A DNA stretch of 64,000 nucleotides from an uncultured Gammaproteobacteria bacterium (GCA_965230935.1 OZ246400.1:374359-438358); one strand, 5' to 3'. Shown: positions 9,883 through 20,078, counted from the first letter of the stretch. Made by a program: numbers and translations. The notes: generated by a model from the sequence alone, not told the origin.

Positions 9883-9995
9883 GCGAGGAAGCGGTAGTTG
9901 CGATTCCAGTCGTTGTCGAAGTAGTTGACGTTCAGATCGCGGTTGTCACCGTTCCTGTTGAGCACCAGCACGTGGTGATTGCCGTTGAACACGGG
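9883..9995 (-). repeat. DGR template repeat (TR)
   Basis: 113 bp. Minus-sense translation PVFNGNHHVLVLNRNGDNRDLNVNYFDNDWNRNYRFLA is rich in AAC/AAT codons. All 22 mismatches to the VR fall at TR adenines. Confidence 0.85.
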
Positions 9996-10367
9996 TCACG
10001 CAGTCATGTTATGTATAGTGCCACCTGTGCCACCACCCATTGAATACTCTCTGGGTTGAATCGTATACGAAAGCAAATCTTTCACAGCACTATACACCAA
10101 GTATATTCATGGAAGCATGATGTCAACTCACGAGAGAACACCGTGGTCTTCTCTATTCTGGCGTACACACCGTGCTTAGTCTATAACCGCCCAGAGCCGT
10201 AGCCATGAACTGTTTCATTACAAACCAAGAAAATTGTAGCATAAAAAAACGAAACCCCACATGACGCTTCTTCCGTGTGGAAGTGAATCATGCAGGGTTT
10301 GTCGTGTTGTCCGCCAAGGAAACAAGGGCAAAATCCAAGTGGAAAGTGCCCAAGTGTCCAAGTGCCG

Positions 10368-11039
10368 CTACTTGCAGGCGAGGAAGCGGAAGTCGCGACT
10401 CCAGTCGTAGACGAAGTAGTCGACGCCCAGATCGCGGTCGCCACCGTCCCCGAGGAGCACCAGCACGCGGCGACAGCCGCTGAACACGGGCATCTGCTCG
10501 CTGAGGATGACGATCGGGAACTGACGCTGCAGCTCACCGTGCTGTGCGCCAAACGCCAGACCGTCCGCGATGGTGGGGCGCTTGAGCCCATGCTGGCGCA
10601 TGTACGCGAGCGCGTCCTTGCTGCTGGCGCGGCGGTCGAGGTGCACCAACACCAGCTCGCGCTCCTGACGGTCGGTCTTCTGGATCGGCCAGTGGTGCGC
10701 CTGCTTGTCCTTGACCAGATCGCTCGTCCAGTCGTAGTTACCCGCGTCGCGCAACATCTTGAAACGCTCCACGGGGTCGTCGGACACGGTGCAGTCCACG
10801 ATCGTACGGTAAACCTGTAGACCGAGGGGCTGAGGCGTGATGATCGTCTGCCCCGCCGTGGGCTGCTCACCACCGATGATGCTGCGCTGAGCCGCACGAA
10901 CGGCGTCGCCGAGCGCACTCTTGTCGGAGAGCAGGAGCTGTGCCTGCTCATAGGTGAGATCGGTGAGAGCGAACCCACCAAGGGTGAGAGCCAAATCCTT
11001 GGCCTGACCAGCTGTCATCTGTCGGACTGTCCCACTCAT
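10368..11039 (-). CDS. DGR target (variable) protein, C-terminal CLec-like VR region
   Basis: 223 aa, GC-rich, VR covers the last ~38 codons before the TAG stop at 10368-10370. No obvious signal peptide. Confidence 0.75.
   Translation of the reverse strand: MSGTVRQMTAGQAKDLALTLGGFALTDLTYEQAQLLLSDKSALGDAVRAAQRSIIGGEQPTAGQTIITPQPLGLQVYRTIVDCTVSDDPVERFKMLRDAGNYDWTSDLVKDKQAHHWPIQKTDRQERELVLVHLDRRASSKDALAYMRQHGLKRPTIADGLAFGAQHGELQRQFPIVILSEQMPVFSGCRRVLVLLGDGGDRDLGVDYFVYDWSRDFRFLACK
10378..10490 (-). repeat. DGR variable repeat (VR) at 3' end of target gene
   Basis: 113 bp aligning gap-free with the TR at 91/113 identity, every difference at a TR adenine. Encodes the target C-terminus ...PVFSGCRRVLVLLGDGGDRDLGVDYFVYDWSRDFRFLA. 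Confidence 0.85.
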
Positions 11040-11204
11040 GGGCTATTCCTCCAAAGGTAATAATTGGCTTTTCTATTTGTGCTTACCTAACCGTTAGGCG
11101 CACGAGACAATGCCAGTAAAGAACTTGTGAGAAAGCATAGCATAAATTAGCCATTTTGTCAATGGTTTTGCTAAAATAAAGTAATTTTTGTAAGCCCCCC
11201 ACTC

Positions 11205-11978
11205 TTACTCACTATTTGTATCTATAAGCTGAAGCCTGCAATCTGGGGTTTTAGTATCGCATTCATAACCTATACTTACTTCCAAGATTTCGCCACCTCT
11301 TCTTTGTGTTGATAGAAATGTTTCAAATTGAAACGTTTCTGCGTTTTGTAGGAGTTTGAGCCAATTTTTGTAGGTCGGCTTATTGCTTTCCGAGTAAGGT
11401 ATTGATACAAAAGGTATGTCTGACAAACTGTACAACAATGCCGTCGTACTAGTTGGTGGCACTGCTAAACTTTCGCTTCGCAACAAGTGACCATCTAAAG
11501 GTTGATATGAATAACCATTTACTTCTTTACTTAAAGAAATATAGATACTGTCCCATATTTTAAGTGGCTCTCCATAGTCAACTGAACTATTAACAAATAG
11601 GTATGCATTAGATATTTCCCCTTCGGTCTTGATGAATTTTTTAAACTCCCGACCATAAACTTGACCGTCATCATCCACCCAACTAGGAGTAGTTGTTACA
11701 AGCTCAAGTTTGGTTAGCTTTTTGAAAAAGTTAAAGTCTGGATACTTAGTTATAGACTCTTCGCTTGCTTTGTGGTCAATTTGCTTCTTTACCACCTCTT
11801 CAATTTCTGTTTCTGAAACTTGATTCAACCCTAAATCTTTCCTGAGCCAATCAATACCTAAGTCTACTAATTGAATTATGGTTACAGTTAGTGTCACGAC
11901 CACAATAAAAATTACTATTGGGTATATAATCTTTTTTAACTCGTTAGCCATCTTCTTCTCTTTATTTTTTTCAGACAT
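11205..11978 (-). CDS. hypothetical protein with N-terminal TM anchor
   Basis: 257 aa with one N-terminal hydrophobic helix, then a soluble domain. Confidence 0.45.
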   Translation of the reverse strand: MSEKNKEKKMANELKKIIYPIVIFIVVVTLTVTIIQLVDLGIDWLRKDLGLNQVSETEIEEVVKKQIDHKASEESITKYPDFNFFKKLTKLELVTTTPSWVDDDGQVYGREFKKFIKTEGEISNAYLFVNSSVDYGEPLKIWDSIYISLSKEVNGYSYQPLDGHLLRSESLAVPPTSTTALLYSLSDIPFVSIPYSESNKPTYKNWLKLLQNAETFQFETFLSTQRRGGEILEVSIGYECDTKTPDCRLQLIDTNSE

Positions 11979-11980
11979 AT

Positions 11981-12391
11981 CTACTTTTCATTTCGAAATT
12001 GTTTGTCTCCATACAACAGCAAATTCACAGACATCAATAACCAAAAACATTGTTTAGTTAATTTGTGGTTTAATTCAAATAGAGTTTGCCAACGTAATAC
12101 TTTGTTTGCTTTGATGGCGGAGAGTGAACCTACTACCATTATTAATAATAGAATTTTAAGCCCAACTGAATCGTCTTCGGTGATACGGGTGATCACTCTA
12201 TCTAAAAAACCACCCAAAAACAAGTTGAGTAGCACGAAGACGAGAACTAGATTTATGATTTGAAGTACAAAAGTCTTCTTTTTTATGAGAAAACTGTTAA
12301 AGAATGGTTTAAAATAAGACAAAAAAGAGGACATCATCTCCGTCCACAGTTCACCATGATTACTATATTTGTACCTGTTTTTAGGGTTCAT
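11981..12391 (-). CDS. small membrane protein
   Basis: 136 aa with 3 predicted TM helices. Tightly coupled to the downstream gene. Confidence 0.4.
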   Translation of the reverse strand: MNPKNRYKYSNHGELWTEMMSSFLSYFKPFFNSFLIKKKTFVLQIINLVLVFVLLNLFLGGFLDRVITRITEDDSVGLKILLLIMVVGSLSAIKANKVLRWQTLFELNHKLTKQCFWLLMSVNLLLYGDKQFRNEK

Positions 12392-12580
12392 TTTTCTTCC
12401 ACATCCTTTTTACCACATTTTTAATCTGATTTCCATAACATGAAGAATGGCTTAATTGAATTTTTAGATTTATATTCTATGTTTTTACACGCTTTCACTG
12501 ACGTATATTTTTAAGCCAGTAATCGAAAAGGATTGCTGATATTTTCTCAGCAATCTCGTTTTGTGTATCATCATCCATAC

Positions 12581-13714
12581 TTAATGGTTTGTACTCTTAA
12601 ATACTTCAAAAGAATCTAGCTTAGTAAAATCAATCTCAAAAGTACTGTCTTCATTCTTGTAAAGCACAACACTATCAAGTCCAATTTCTTGCAATTTATC
12701 ATAAGTAACGAGTTCCCCCTCTTTTAATCTCAAAATATCACGGAGTATCCACGTACCAAGTTTAATGTTCGGATTGCTCATAAGGGCTTTTGACCCATCC
12801 TGACAAACCTTCGCGCTAATGGTCTCACCATTTGGCAATTTAAGATCAAATGGTTCATCCCTTGGAGGGAAAAATTTAGGGAACTTCTTGTGAATCCATT
12901 TAGGTATTGGAATATACACTTCGTTTGCGTGGCGAGCACGTCCGCCAGCATTCCACTGATTAAGTCCGCTCTTAGTAGGTACTTCGCCCTGTGTTCGCGT
13001 AGAGTAAAGAGGGAGGAAGACGTGCGTCTGTTTTTTGATTGGAGCAAAATGCAGTGTTTCTCTAACTTCTAGAAACATTTTTTCTAATTCATCAAATGGG
13101 TCATCAAGTATTCTCGTGCTTAGTTCTAGTATATGTGGTGGTGTGATAAATCTCTTAAAGAGAGTACTCTTAGTCAGGTTAAGTGTGTATTCGTTTTTGG
13201 CGTCTCTAAAGTAGATTGTGTTCCCATTTTTGCTTGGTGAAATTCCACCAATCTTATCAATGTTGATCGTATCCATTTCAGTTTCATACACAAAAATCCT
13301 TCTAGGAGCTCGCGTCACGCAGTGGTAGATCATTGAGTCTAGCCCATGGATCGTTTTTGTAGCTTCAATTCGTCTGTTTCTCATCTCTGCCACTCGTAAC
13401 ACCTTGCTTTCAATATCTAGATCTCGAAATGTCTTCGCTTCCTTGTTGAACTCAGCAACTTTTTGTAGTGAGGCGCTATTTTTCTCTAGAAATGTTTTTA
13501 TACCAATACCAACGTTGTCTTTTGAGGCATCGGCAGAAACATCTGAACGGGAAAGGTTCTTGGCATCAAACGATCTACAGAAAAGATTTTCAGCAATTCG
13601 ATATTGGATGTACGGCTCCTCACCATCAGAGAATAGACGAGAAAGAGAACCGATGGTTGTCAGCATCGTCTGGTAGTACTGGAGTGACTTTTTTGTTTGG
13701 CTTTCAAGGAACAT
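12581..13714 (-). CDS. type II restriction endonuclease candidate
   Basis: Start ATG at 13712-13714, directly 3' of the MTase TAG (tagtATG). Size and position fit the cognate REase of the adjacent m5C MTase. No named motif recognised. Confidence 0.5.
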   Translation of the reverse strand: MFLESQTKKSLQYYQTMLTTIGSLSRLFSDGEEPYIQYRIAENLFCRSFDAKNLSRSDVSADASKDNVGIGIKTFLEKNSASLQKVAEFNKEAKTFRDLDIESKVLRVAEMRNRRIEATKTIHGLDSMIYHCVTRAPRRIFVYETEMDTINIDKIGGISPSKNGNTIYFRDAKNEYTLNLTKSTLFKRFITPPHILELSTRILDDPFDELEKMFLEVRETLHFAPIKKQTHVFLPLYSTRTQGEVPTKSGLNQWNAGGRARHANEVYIPIPKWIHKKFPKFFPPRDEPFDLKLPNGETISAKVCQDGSKALMSNPNIKLGTWILRDILRLKEGELVTYDKLQEIGLDSVVLYKNEDSTFEIDFTKLDSFEVFKSTNH

Positions 13715-13715
13715 A

Positions 13716-14681
13716 CTATGCCTGTAAAGCCTTAAAGATATTTTTCGCGATTCTTCTAATGACTGGAACAGAGACAGAGTTACCGAACTGCTTGTACAAG
13801 GCAGAGTCAGGAAGGTCATCTGGTAGCTTGATGTTGAAGAAGCCCTGTATTCTTGCACATTCAAGAGGGGTTAGTTTTCGTATACCCTTCTTGTCTTTGA
13901 CAATCGGTACATTATGACCACCCATTCCCATGTTTGCAGTAAGTGTTGGGCAGACACTTTTTTTGTTTTCTCTCACATATTTGCGCCTCCATTGATAGAC
14001 CGTGTCAGTGGAAGTAACATGATTTTTTAATTTTTTGAACAATGGTTTGCCATTGTAGTAGTACTTTTCATCAACCTCTTTTTCGAGTAGTTGTTTGAAA
14101 TTCTTTGATAGTGGGATCTTTCTTGGGAATACAAAATGTTCGAATGCTTTTTTATTTTTAAAGCCTACTATATATATGCGTTCCCTGTTTTGTGGAAGGT
14201 TTCCATGTAGCATGGTGTTGAGTACCGCTTCTGTGACGTGATATCCCTCACCTTCTAGAGATTGCTTTATGGTTTTGTAAGTCCTGCCACCATCATGCCC
14301 TTTGAGATTTTTAACATTTTCAAGAAATACAAAGTTTGGTTTTTTCTCTGAAACTATATCCATAATTCTGAAGAAAAGATTTCCTCTGCCTTTCTTGTCC
14401 TTGAATCCCTTTCTATACCCGGCAACTGAAAATGGCTGACATGGGAAGCCACCCAACAAGCCGTCAAATTTTTTTGGTAATTGTGTTAACTCAACTTCAT
14501 TAATGTCTTTGATCACTAATTTAGGGTCGGAAAAATTGAGATCATAAGTAGTTTTGCAGTGACGTTCATAATCATTAGCAAAAAGTGTGGTGAAACCCTC
14601 TTGCTCAAAACCCAGTCGTATTCCACCAACACCAGCAAAAAGATCAATAGTGGTGTAGCCTCTATTTTTAGATTTGTACAT
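13716..14681 (-). CDS. DNA (cytosine-5)-methyltransferase
   Basis: Motif I DLFAGVGG, motif IV GFPCQPFS, motif VI ENVKNL, motif X QFGNSVSVPV. Confidence 0.9.
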   Translation of the reverse strand: MYKSKNRGYTTIDLFAGVGGIRLGFEQEGFTTLFANDYERHCKTTYDLNFSDPKLVIKDINEVELTQLPKKFDGLLGGFPCQPFSVAGYRKGFKDKKGRGNLFFRIMDIVSEKKPNFVFLENVKNLKGHDGGRTYKTIKQSLEGEGYHVTEAVLNTMLHGNLPQNRERIYIVGFKNKKAFEHFVFPRKIPLSKNFKQLLEKEVDEKYYYNGKPLFKKLKNHVTSTDTVYQWRRKYVRENKKSVCPTLTANMGMGGHNVPIVKDKKGIRKLTPLECARIQGFFNIKLPDDLPDSALYKQFGNSVSVPVIRRIAKNIFKALQA

Positions 14682-14944
14682 AAAAAGACGACTTATCTTT
14701 TGATAAGCCGCCGAGAAGCCTCTCTAGAGTGGACGACCCGACGGGTCTACACACTCACAGAACGCAAAGCGCCTGATCGTGTACCGCGAGTCGCCCGCTG
14801 TAATTCACGATCAGGAACCAGTGCATTCTGGCTCTTAACGTTTCTGTAAGTGTGTAGACAAAGCCATCTTAGCAAATGTATTAAGTAATGGGAATAGGGG
14901 TTGATTTTTCTTTGATTTTTAGTAATCTTTAGGAAAGAATAAAT

Positions 14945-16132
14945 ATGAACATAAATAAACTAGGCTCAGAAGAGTTATTTCTCTACAAATTTTTTATATT
15001 GCAAGATCCAGAATTCTTTGAGCAAGAATTCACTCTTGTGGATTTGGCAAAAAATTCCAACCTGAGTTTCAAAATTGTTTTCCGTACTCTATTGAAGATG
15101 GTTAAATCTGGTCATGTCAGTTTTCTGAAGTGTTATTTGCAGGAAAGTTACATAGACAAGCATCTCAAGAAGAAGGAAGCACTTATAGAAAAAGAAAATC
15201 GAAAATCTGTGGCGAGCATGTCTGGTGGTTTTCTTGTGCAAGAGACAAAACAAAGAACATCAAAAGAAGATAAGTATTGTGGTTTGCCAAAAGACCATTA
15301 TGATAAGCTTCAGAAAGATGGAGTGCTCCATTTGGGTCTAAGTGACGACGAGGTTATGAGTAATTTGGAGGGAGTTTCAGAAGATCTGGTCCTCCAGAGT
15401 CTTATTTTTAAGATTAAGATTAATGAAGGATTGCTTGATTTTATGAAGAGGTATTCCTTTGCAATCATCAACGATGAATTCGCGGATGGACGGAAACTCA
15501 GTTATCTCGCTCAAAAGAAAGGTCTTGCTACCGAGATAGGCACCCAAATACACATGGGATTCCCGTTGAAGGGGGTACGACTTAATTCAACGGATGTGCT
15601 ATTTGGAAAAAAGAATAATCCTTTACAATCCCCGCCATTTTTTAGTTTTTTGCATACGTTGGTAGGTATGGAGGCTGAGGGGTTGATAACTATTCGAAGG
15701 ATAGAATATCCTCAACCACTCAGGGTCCCAGTTGTTATCACATCTGAATTAAAAGATTGGCACCCATTGCATGTTTTACTATCTGCAGACCCTAAGAAAT
15801 TTGTAAAATATTACAATGAGGAGGTTGTCCAGAAAGATGATGTCTCAACCCCGCTTTTTAGATTCGTGGATGGTGTTTTCTTTAGGGATGGTGAATCTTG
15901 TGTTCTAAAATTTAATGAAAAAACTCTTGAATACAATGTGCTTGCCGTGGCGTTTAATAAGGAGTTTGGTGAGAAAATAGACATGGCGGTACGGGGCATA
16001 GATGCCTCCAGCTGGAAGCAGTTGCGTGATACTGTAGATAGACTAAATAAAAAGATCGCGCCAAGCTTTGGTATTGGAGATTTCTTTGAGATTATACACT
16101 CAGATAAACATTTTTACAGAAGAGTACACTGA
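14945..16132 (+). CDS. hypothetical protein (395 aa), element cargo
   Basis: Intact ORF with N-terminal HTH-like segment. Function unknown; could be a replication or regulatory protein. Confidence 0.45.
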   Translation: MNINKLGSEELFLYKFFILQDPEFFEQEFTLVDLAKNSNLSFKIVFRTLLKMVKSGHVSFLKCYLQESYIDKHLKKKEALIEKENRKSVASMSGGFLVQETKQRTSKEDKYCGLPKDHYDKLQKDGVLHLGLSDDEVMSNLEGVSEDLVLQSLIFKIKINEGLLDFMKRYSFAIINDEFADGRKLSYLAQKKGLATEIGTQIHMGFPLKGVRLNSTDVLFGKKNNPLQSPPFFSFLHTLVGMEAEGLITIRRIEYPQPLRVPVVITSELKDWHPLHVLLSADPKKFVKYYNEEVVQKDDVSTPLFRFVDGVFFRDGESCVLKFNEKTLEYNVLAVAFNKEFGEKIDMAVRGIDASSWKQLRDTVDRLNKKIAPSFGIGDFFEIIHSDKHFYRRVH

Positions 16133-16224
16133 TGAGTGATTTCACTCACCGGTGACTCACGCTAAATAGGTTAAGCTCACGCTGTGGGCTTTTTTGATTT
16201 AAAAAACAATTAACAAATCTAATT

Positions 16225-16497
16225 ATGAAACGAAATATCAATTACAAATATTTGGAAGATAGAGAAAATTACTTTTCGACCTATGATCTGGGATGTGTGT
16301 CTTCCCTAGTTAGTGTTGGGCACAGGATTTTTCACACAGAGAAAGTTGGGGGGACCAGTCGTGTTTTGTTTGTCTTTGAAATGACTGATGAGATTCTGAT
16401 GGATTCACAAAAATATTGGTCGGGAGAGCTTGAGGTGGATGCTCAGACGTACTTTAACACCCTAAAGAATTTAAAGAGCAGAATCTATTCCACATAA
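16225..16497 (+). CDS. hypothetical protein (90 aa)
   Basis: Co-directional small ORF in the element. Confidence 0.3.
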   Translation: MKRNINYKYLEDRENYFSTYDLGCVSSLVSVGHRIFHTEKVGGTSRVLFVFEMTDEILMDSQKYWSGELEVDAQTYFNTLKNLKSRIYST

Positions 16498-16600
16498 ATA
16501 ATGCTCACTGACGAAATGGTCGAGGAGTACCGCGAGCTGTACCGCAAACAATACATAGACCGATCCTAAAAAGGGAAATAACTAACCAATAAAAATTATT

Positions 16601-16825
16601 ATGAAATCACTTGAACGACGATTCCAACGAATCCTAAAAAAACAAACTGGCTGGAGTACCTACCTTTGCTTTGCTAATGCCGTAAAGGGACAGTGCTTCC
16701 GCAAACGCACAATACAGTACTGGTTCAGCAAACTTGTCGAACCAAAAGACTACAGCCTCGGTGACAAAAAACAGATTGTTAACTTCTTGCACCACATCTC
16801 AAATGAGCGTGAGGACGGCACATAA
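16601..16825 (+). CDS. hypothetical protein (74 aa)
   Basis: Co-directional small ORF in the element. Confidence 0.3.
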   Translation: MKSLERRFQRILKKQTGWSTYLCFANAVKGQCFRKRTIQYWFSKLVEPKDYSLGDKKQIVNFLHHISNEREDGT

Positions 16826-16906
16826 TGAGGGCTATTTTGCCCGCTCCGTTCTTGTTTAAGCCGCAGGTACACCAAGTGCCATAAACCTAAAAATTACTTA
16901 ATTAGT

Positions 16907-19099
16907 ATGAGTTCCAGAACAATGAACATTACCCAATATCTCACTGAAAAAGACATTGAATTCACAACAGCGAATGGTGAGCTAGTCACAAAATGCCTAT
17001 TCAATGGCTGTGATGATGACAGCAGACCAAATGAGCGCCATCTTTATTTTGATGCTGAAACCAGCCAATACGACTGCAAAAAGTGTGGACAGCAAGGCAA
17101 CCTAATTACTCTTGCTAGACACTTTGGAGACACACTCAGCAACAAACAACCATCACAAAAAAAGACCGTTAAAAAACGGAGAAAAAACGCTAGTATCACC
17201 ATTGAACAGGTGGAGCAGTGCTATGACGCATTACCTGAGAATATCAGACAATATCTACACAATCGTGGGATCAATGACGACCTTATCAATCACTTCAAAA
17301 TTGGCTGGGGTGAATTCTACAATAAGTACTGGATAACCATCCCCATCAAGAACAAGGATGGAGATTTTGTATTCTTCAAATTACGTCGTGACCCCCAATC
17401 AGAGCAGGGCAATAAATACCAATTTTACCCCACAGGTAGCGAGTCAACACTTTTTGGATGGGATATGTTCAAGGGCAACCAAGATATGGTAATGATCTGC
17501 GAGGGAGAATTTGATGCAATGCTACTGCAAAGCATCGGTATCCCTGCAATCACGTCTACAGCAGGTGTGGGAACGTTCAAACAAGATTGGATTACCAGCC
17601 TCAAAAAATTAAGAAAGATATATATTTGCTTTGATACTGACGATGCAGGAATAAAAGGAGCAGAAACCCTAATCAAAAAACTCGACCAAGAACTGGGCAA
17701 TAGAACAACAATCTACAAAACCTCCCTGCCAGAACGCATGAAAAAAGGTAAGGACGTAACTGATTACATCACAAAGTACAATGGCAACCCAGACGAACTT
17801 ACAAAAGAATGTTCTACCTATGCTGGCGGACGTAAGCCCATTGATACCAGTAAATTCAAACCACTTACATCTGATGATGTCGTGCGTGTACTTGGTCTTA
17901 CTATTAAAAAAGACGAGGAAAATAAATTGATCACGTTCCTTTGCGCTCTCTCTGCGTATACAGAACAATCCCAATTTAACCTTAGCTTCAACGCACCATC
18001 ATCGACTGGAAAAAGTTTTATTCCAATGGAAGTATCTACTCTTTTTCCCGCTGAGGACGTTATGAAACTTGGTGACTGCTCACCTAAAGCTTTTTTTCAT
18101 GAGCAAGGTGAATATGACAAAGAGACCAATACCATGCTTGTTGACCTATCAAGAAAGATACTTATTTTCCTTGACCAACCACACAACAGCCTCCTTGAAC
18201 GTCTCCGTTCCCTATTGTCACACGACCAAAAGGAAATGATCTCCAAGATCACTGATAAGAATCAGCGAGGCGGTAACAGAACCAAGACTGTTATCCTACG
18301 CGGCTATCCAGCCGTCATCTTCTGTAGTGCAGGTCTTAAAATTGACGAGCAAGAAAGCACACGTTTTATCCTGCTCTCACCACAAACCAACCAAGAAAAA
18401 CTGCGTTTTGCAATACAAGAAAAGATTAAGAAAGAATCAGATTATGACGCATATAGAGATAGCCTAAACGCAAATCCAGAACGTGCCTTACTGAAGGAAC
18501 AAATTGAAGCAATTAGAGACGAAAACATTGATGAAATACGCATTGAAAATCCAGAGATCATTGAGCAAGAATTCTTCTCCAAAAGGGATAAGCTCAAGCC
18601 ACGTCATCAACGTGATATTGGCAGACTTATGGGGCTAACCAAGATTTTTGCACTGCTCAATGTGTGGTTTCGTGAACGAGATGGATCAACCATTGTGGCA
18701 ACTCAAAAAGATTTTGAAGAAGCACTTAAGCTCTGGAATAAAATCTCTGAAAGCCAAGAATACAACCTACCCCCTTACGTTTATGAACTGTACAAGGATG
18801 TAATCATACCCGCTTTTGATGAAAAGAATGCAGACCGCCTACCTGCTGCTGAGCCTATTGGAGTCACAAGAAAGGAAATACTACAAAAGCACTACGAGGT
18901 GTACGGAAGAATGGTACAAGACTGGCAACTACGACAGCAGATCATCCCCATGCTTGAAACCGCAGGGCTGTTGTCACAAGACCCCGACCCAGATGATAAG
19001 CGAAGAATACTCATTACTCCTACAGATAAACTCGCAAAAATAGATATGGTGAGTGACACTGGGGAGCTAGAGTTTCCACCAGAAATAACAGGTGATTAA
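16907..19099 (+). CDS. DNA primase / P-loop NTPase (primase-helicase) of mobile element
   Basis: N-terminal Cys4 zinc finger (CLFNGC...CKKCG). Toprim motifs (MICEGEFDAM...ICFDTDDAG). Downstream Walker A NAPSSTGKSF. Confidence 0.75.
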   Translation: MSSRTMNITQYLTEKDIEFTTANGELVTKCLFNGCDDDSRPNERHLYFDAETSQYDCKKCGQQGNLITLARHFGDTLSNKQPSQKKTVKKRRKNASITIEQVEQCYDALPENIRQYLHNRGINDDLINHFKIGWGEFYNKYWITIPIKNKDGDFVFFKLRRDPQSEQGNKYQFYPTGSESTLFGWDMFKGNQDMVMICEGEFDAMLLQSIGIPAITSTAGVGTFKQDWITSLKKLRKIYICFDTDDAGIKGAETLIKKLDQELGNRTTIYKTSLPERMKKGKDVTDYITKYNGNPDELTKECSTYAGGRKPIDTSKFKPLTSDDVVRVLGLTIKKDEENKLITFLCALSAYTEQSQFNLSFNAPSSTGKSFIPMEVSTLFPAEDVMKLGDCSPKAFFHEQGEYDKETNTMLVDLSRKILIFLDQPHNSLLERLRSLLSHDQKEMISKITDKNQRGGNRTKTVILRGYPAVIFCSAGLKIDEQESTRFILLSPQTNQEKLRFAIQEKIKKESDYDAYRDSLNANPERALLKEQIEAIRDENIDEIRIENPEIIEQEFFSKRDKLKPRHQRDIGRLMGLTKIFALLNVWFRERDGSTIVATQKDFEEALKLWNKISESQEYNLPPYVYELYKDVIIPAFDEKNADRLPAAEPIGVTRKEILQKHYEVYGRMVQDWQLRQQIIPMLETAGLLSQDPDPDDKRRILITPTDKLAKIDMVSDTGELEFPPEITGD

Positions 19100-19122
19100 C
19101 TGGAGCATACTAAAAAATCATC

Positions 19123-19794
19123 TTGATAAAAAATCAAAATTCTCTAATGATTTCGGCATCCAGAAATATGGCACGCTATTACTACAACAAAAAAGAAGAG
19201 GCTGACGACCTGAGAAAAATTGAGATATGGACGCTCAAAAAATGGGGGTATTTAGGAACATCTCGATCTGGAACCATCACATGGACTCACGGTTTTAGCG
19301 GCAAGAAGAATAGTGTAGGCATACAAACGATATTCTGGAGTAGCAACCCACAACTACGCATACACTACACACAAACTGATTGGCAGACAGATGAGAAAAA
19401 AGACTTTGACTATCAAATTCCGTTAGTCACTACACCTTGCAACTTGGGCGGAAAACGATACTGGTTTCAATGTCCTTGGTATAAAAATGGTGTGTACTGT
19501 GGAAAGCGTGTTGGTGTGATCTACAAAGGTGGAGACTATTTCGCCTGTAGACATTGCTACGACCTGAGTTATGCAAGCAAGAATGTAAACAGACACTACA
19601 GATTATTTGCGTATGGTCAGATGCTTGATCTGGAAGAGAAAATCAGAAAACTAGAGGACGAAGTAACAACTCAATACTACAACGGACGTCCTACCCGTAA
19701 GTACAGACGACTATTGGAGCTAAAGAGAAGATATTACGGCTTTGATATTGATGCTGTTCTTGAAAATATGGAAAAACTACTTAAAAACACGTAA
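19123..19794 (+). CDS. hypothetical protein with Cys-rich zinc-ribbon-like segment
   Basis: CPWYKNGVYCGKR...CRHCYDLSY. Confidence 0.45.
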   Translation: MIKNQNSLMISASRNMARYYYNKKEEADDLRKIEIWTLKKWGYLGTSRSGTITWTHGFSGKKNSVGIQTIFWSSNPQLRIHYTQTDWQTDEKKDFDYQIPLVTTPCNLGGKRYWFQCPWYKNGVYCGKRVGVIYKGGDYFACRHCYDLSYASKNVNRHYRLFAYGQMLDLEEKIRKLEDEVTTQYYNGRPTRKYRRLLELKRRYYGFDIDAVLENMEKLLKNT

Positions 19795-19853
19795 AATGAG
19801 TAGTGCCTACGAGATTATATCTCACAGACGCACTGCTCTATACAACTAAATCA

Positions 19854-20078
19854 ATGTCAAAAGAGTCGACACAATTGATGACCGTAAAAGACGTCTGTGA
19901 ATTCCTAAGAATTTCCAAATCAGCAGTCTACAGACTAACTGATCGCCGTGAAGTTCCCTTCTATAGGATTCGCAGTGGCTTGAGATTCAAGAAGTCAGAT
20001 CTACTTTCCTACTTGGAAAATTGTCGACTTGAGGCAATAAATGAACATGAATATGGCAGTGCGAATAATAGATCGTAA
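19854..20078 (+). CDS. excisionase/AlpA-like HTH DNA-binding protein
   Basis: MTVKDVCEFLRISKSAVYRLTDRREVPFYRIRSGLRFKKSDLLSYLE is the MerR-type excisionase helix-turn-helix. Sits immediately upstream of the integrase. Confidence 0.6.
   Translation: MSKESTQLMTVKDVCEFLRISKSAVYRLTDRREVPFYRIRSGLRFKKSDLLSYLENCRLEAINEHEYGSANNRS

Noticed and set aside
10181-10981. Alternative ORFs 10181-10981 (-) and 10290-10820 (+) overlapping the DGR target
   Set aside because: They are GC-rich alternative frames (Arg/Ser/Thr-rich). The 10368-11039 frame is the one whose C-terminus is encoded by the VR and ends at the stop next to the TR homology.
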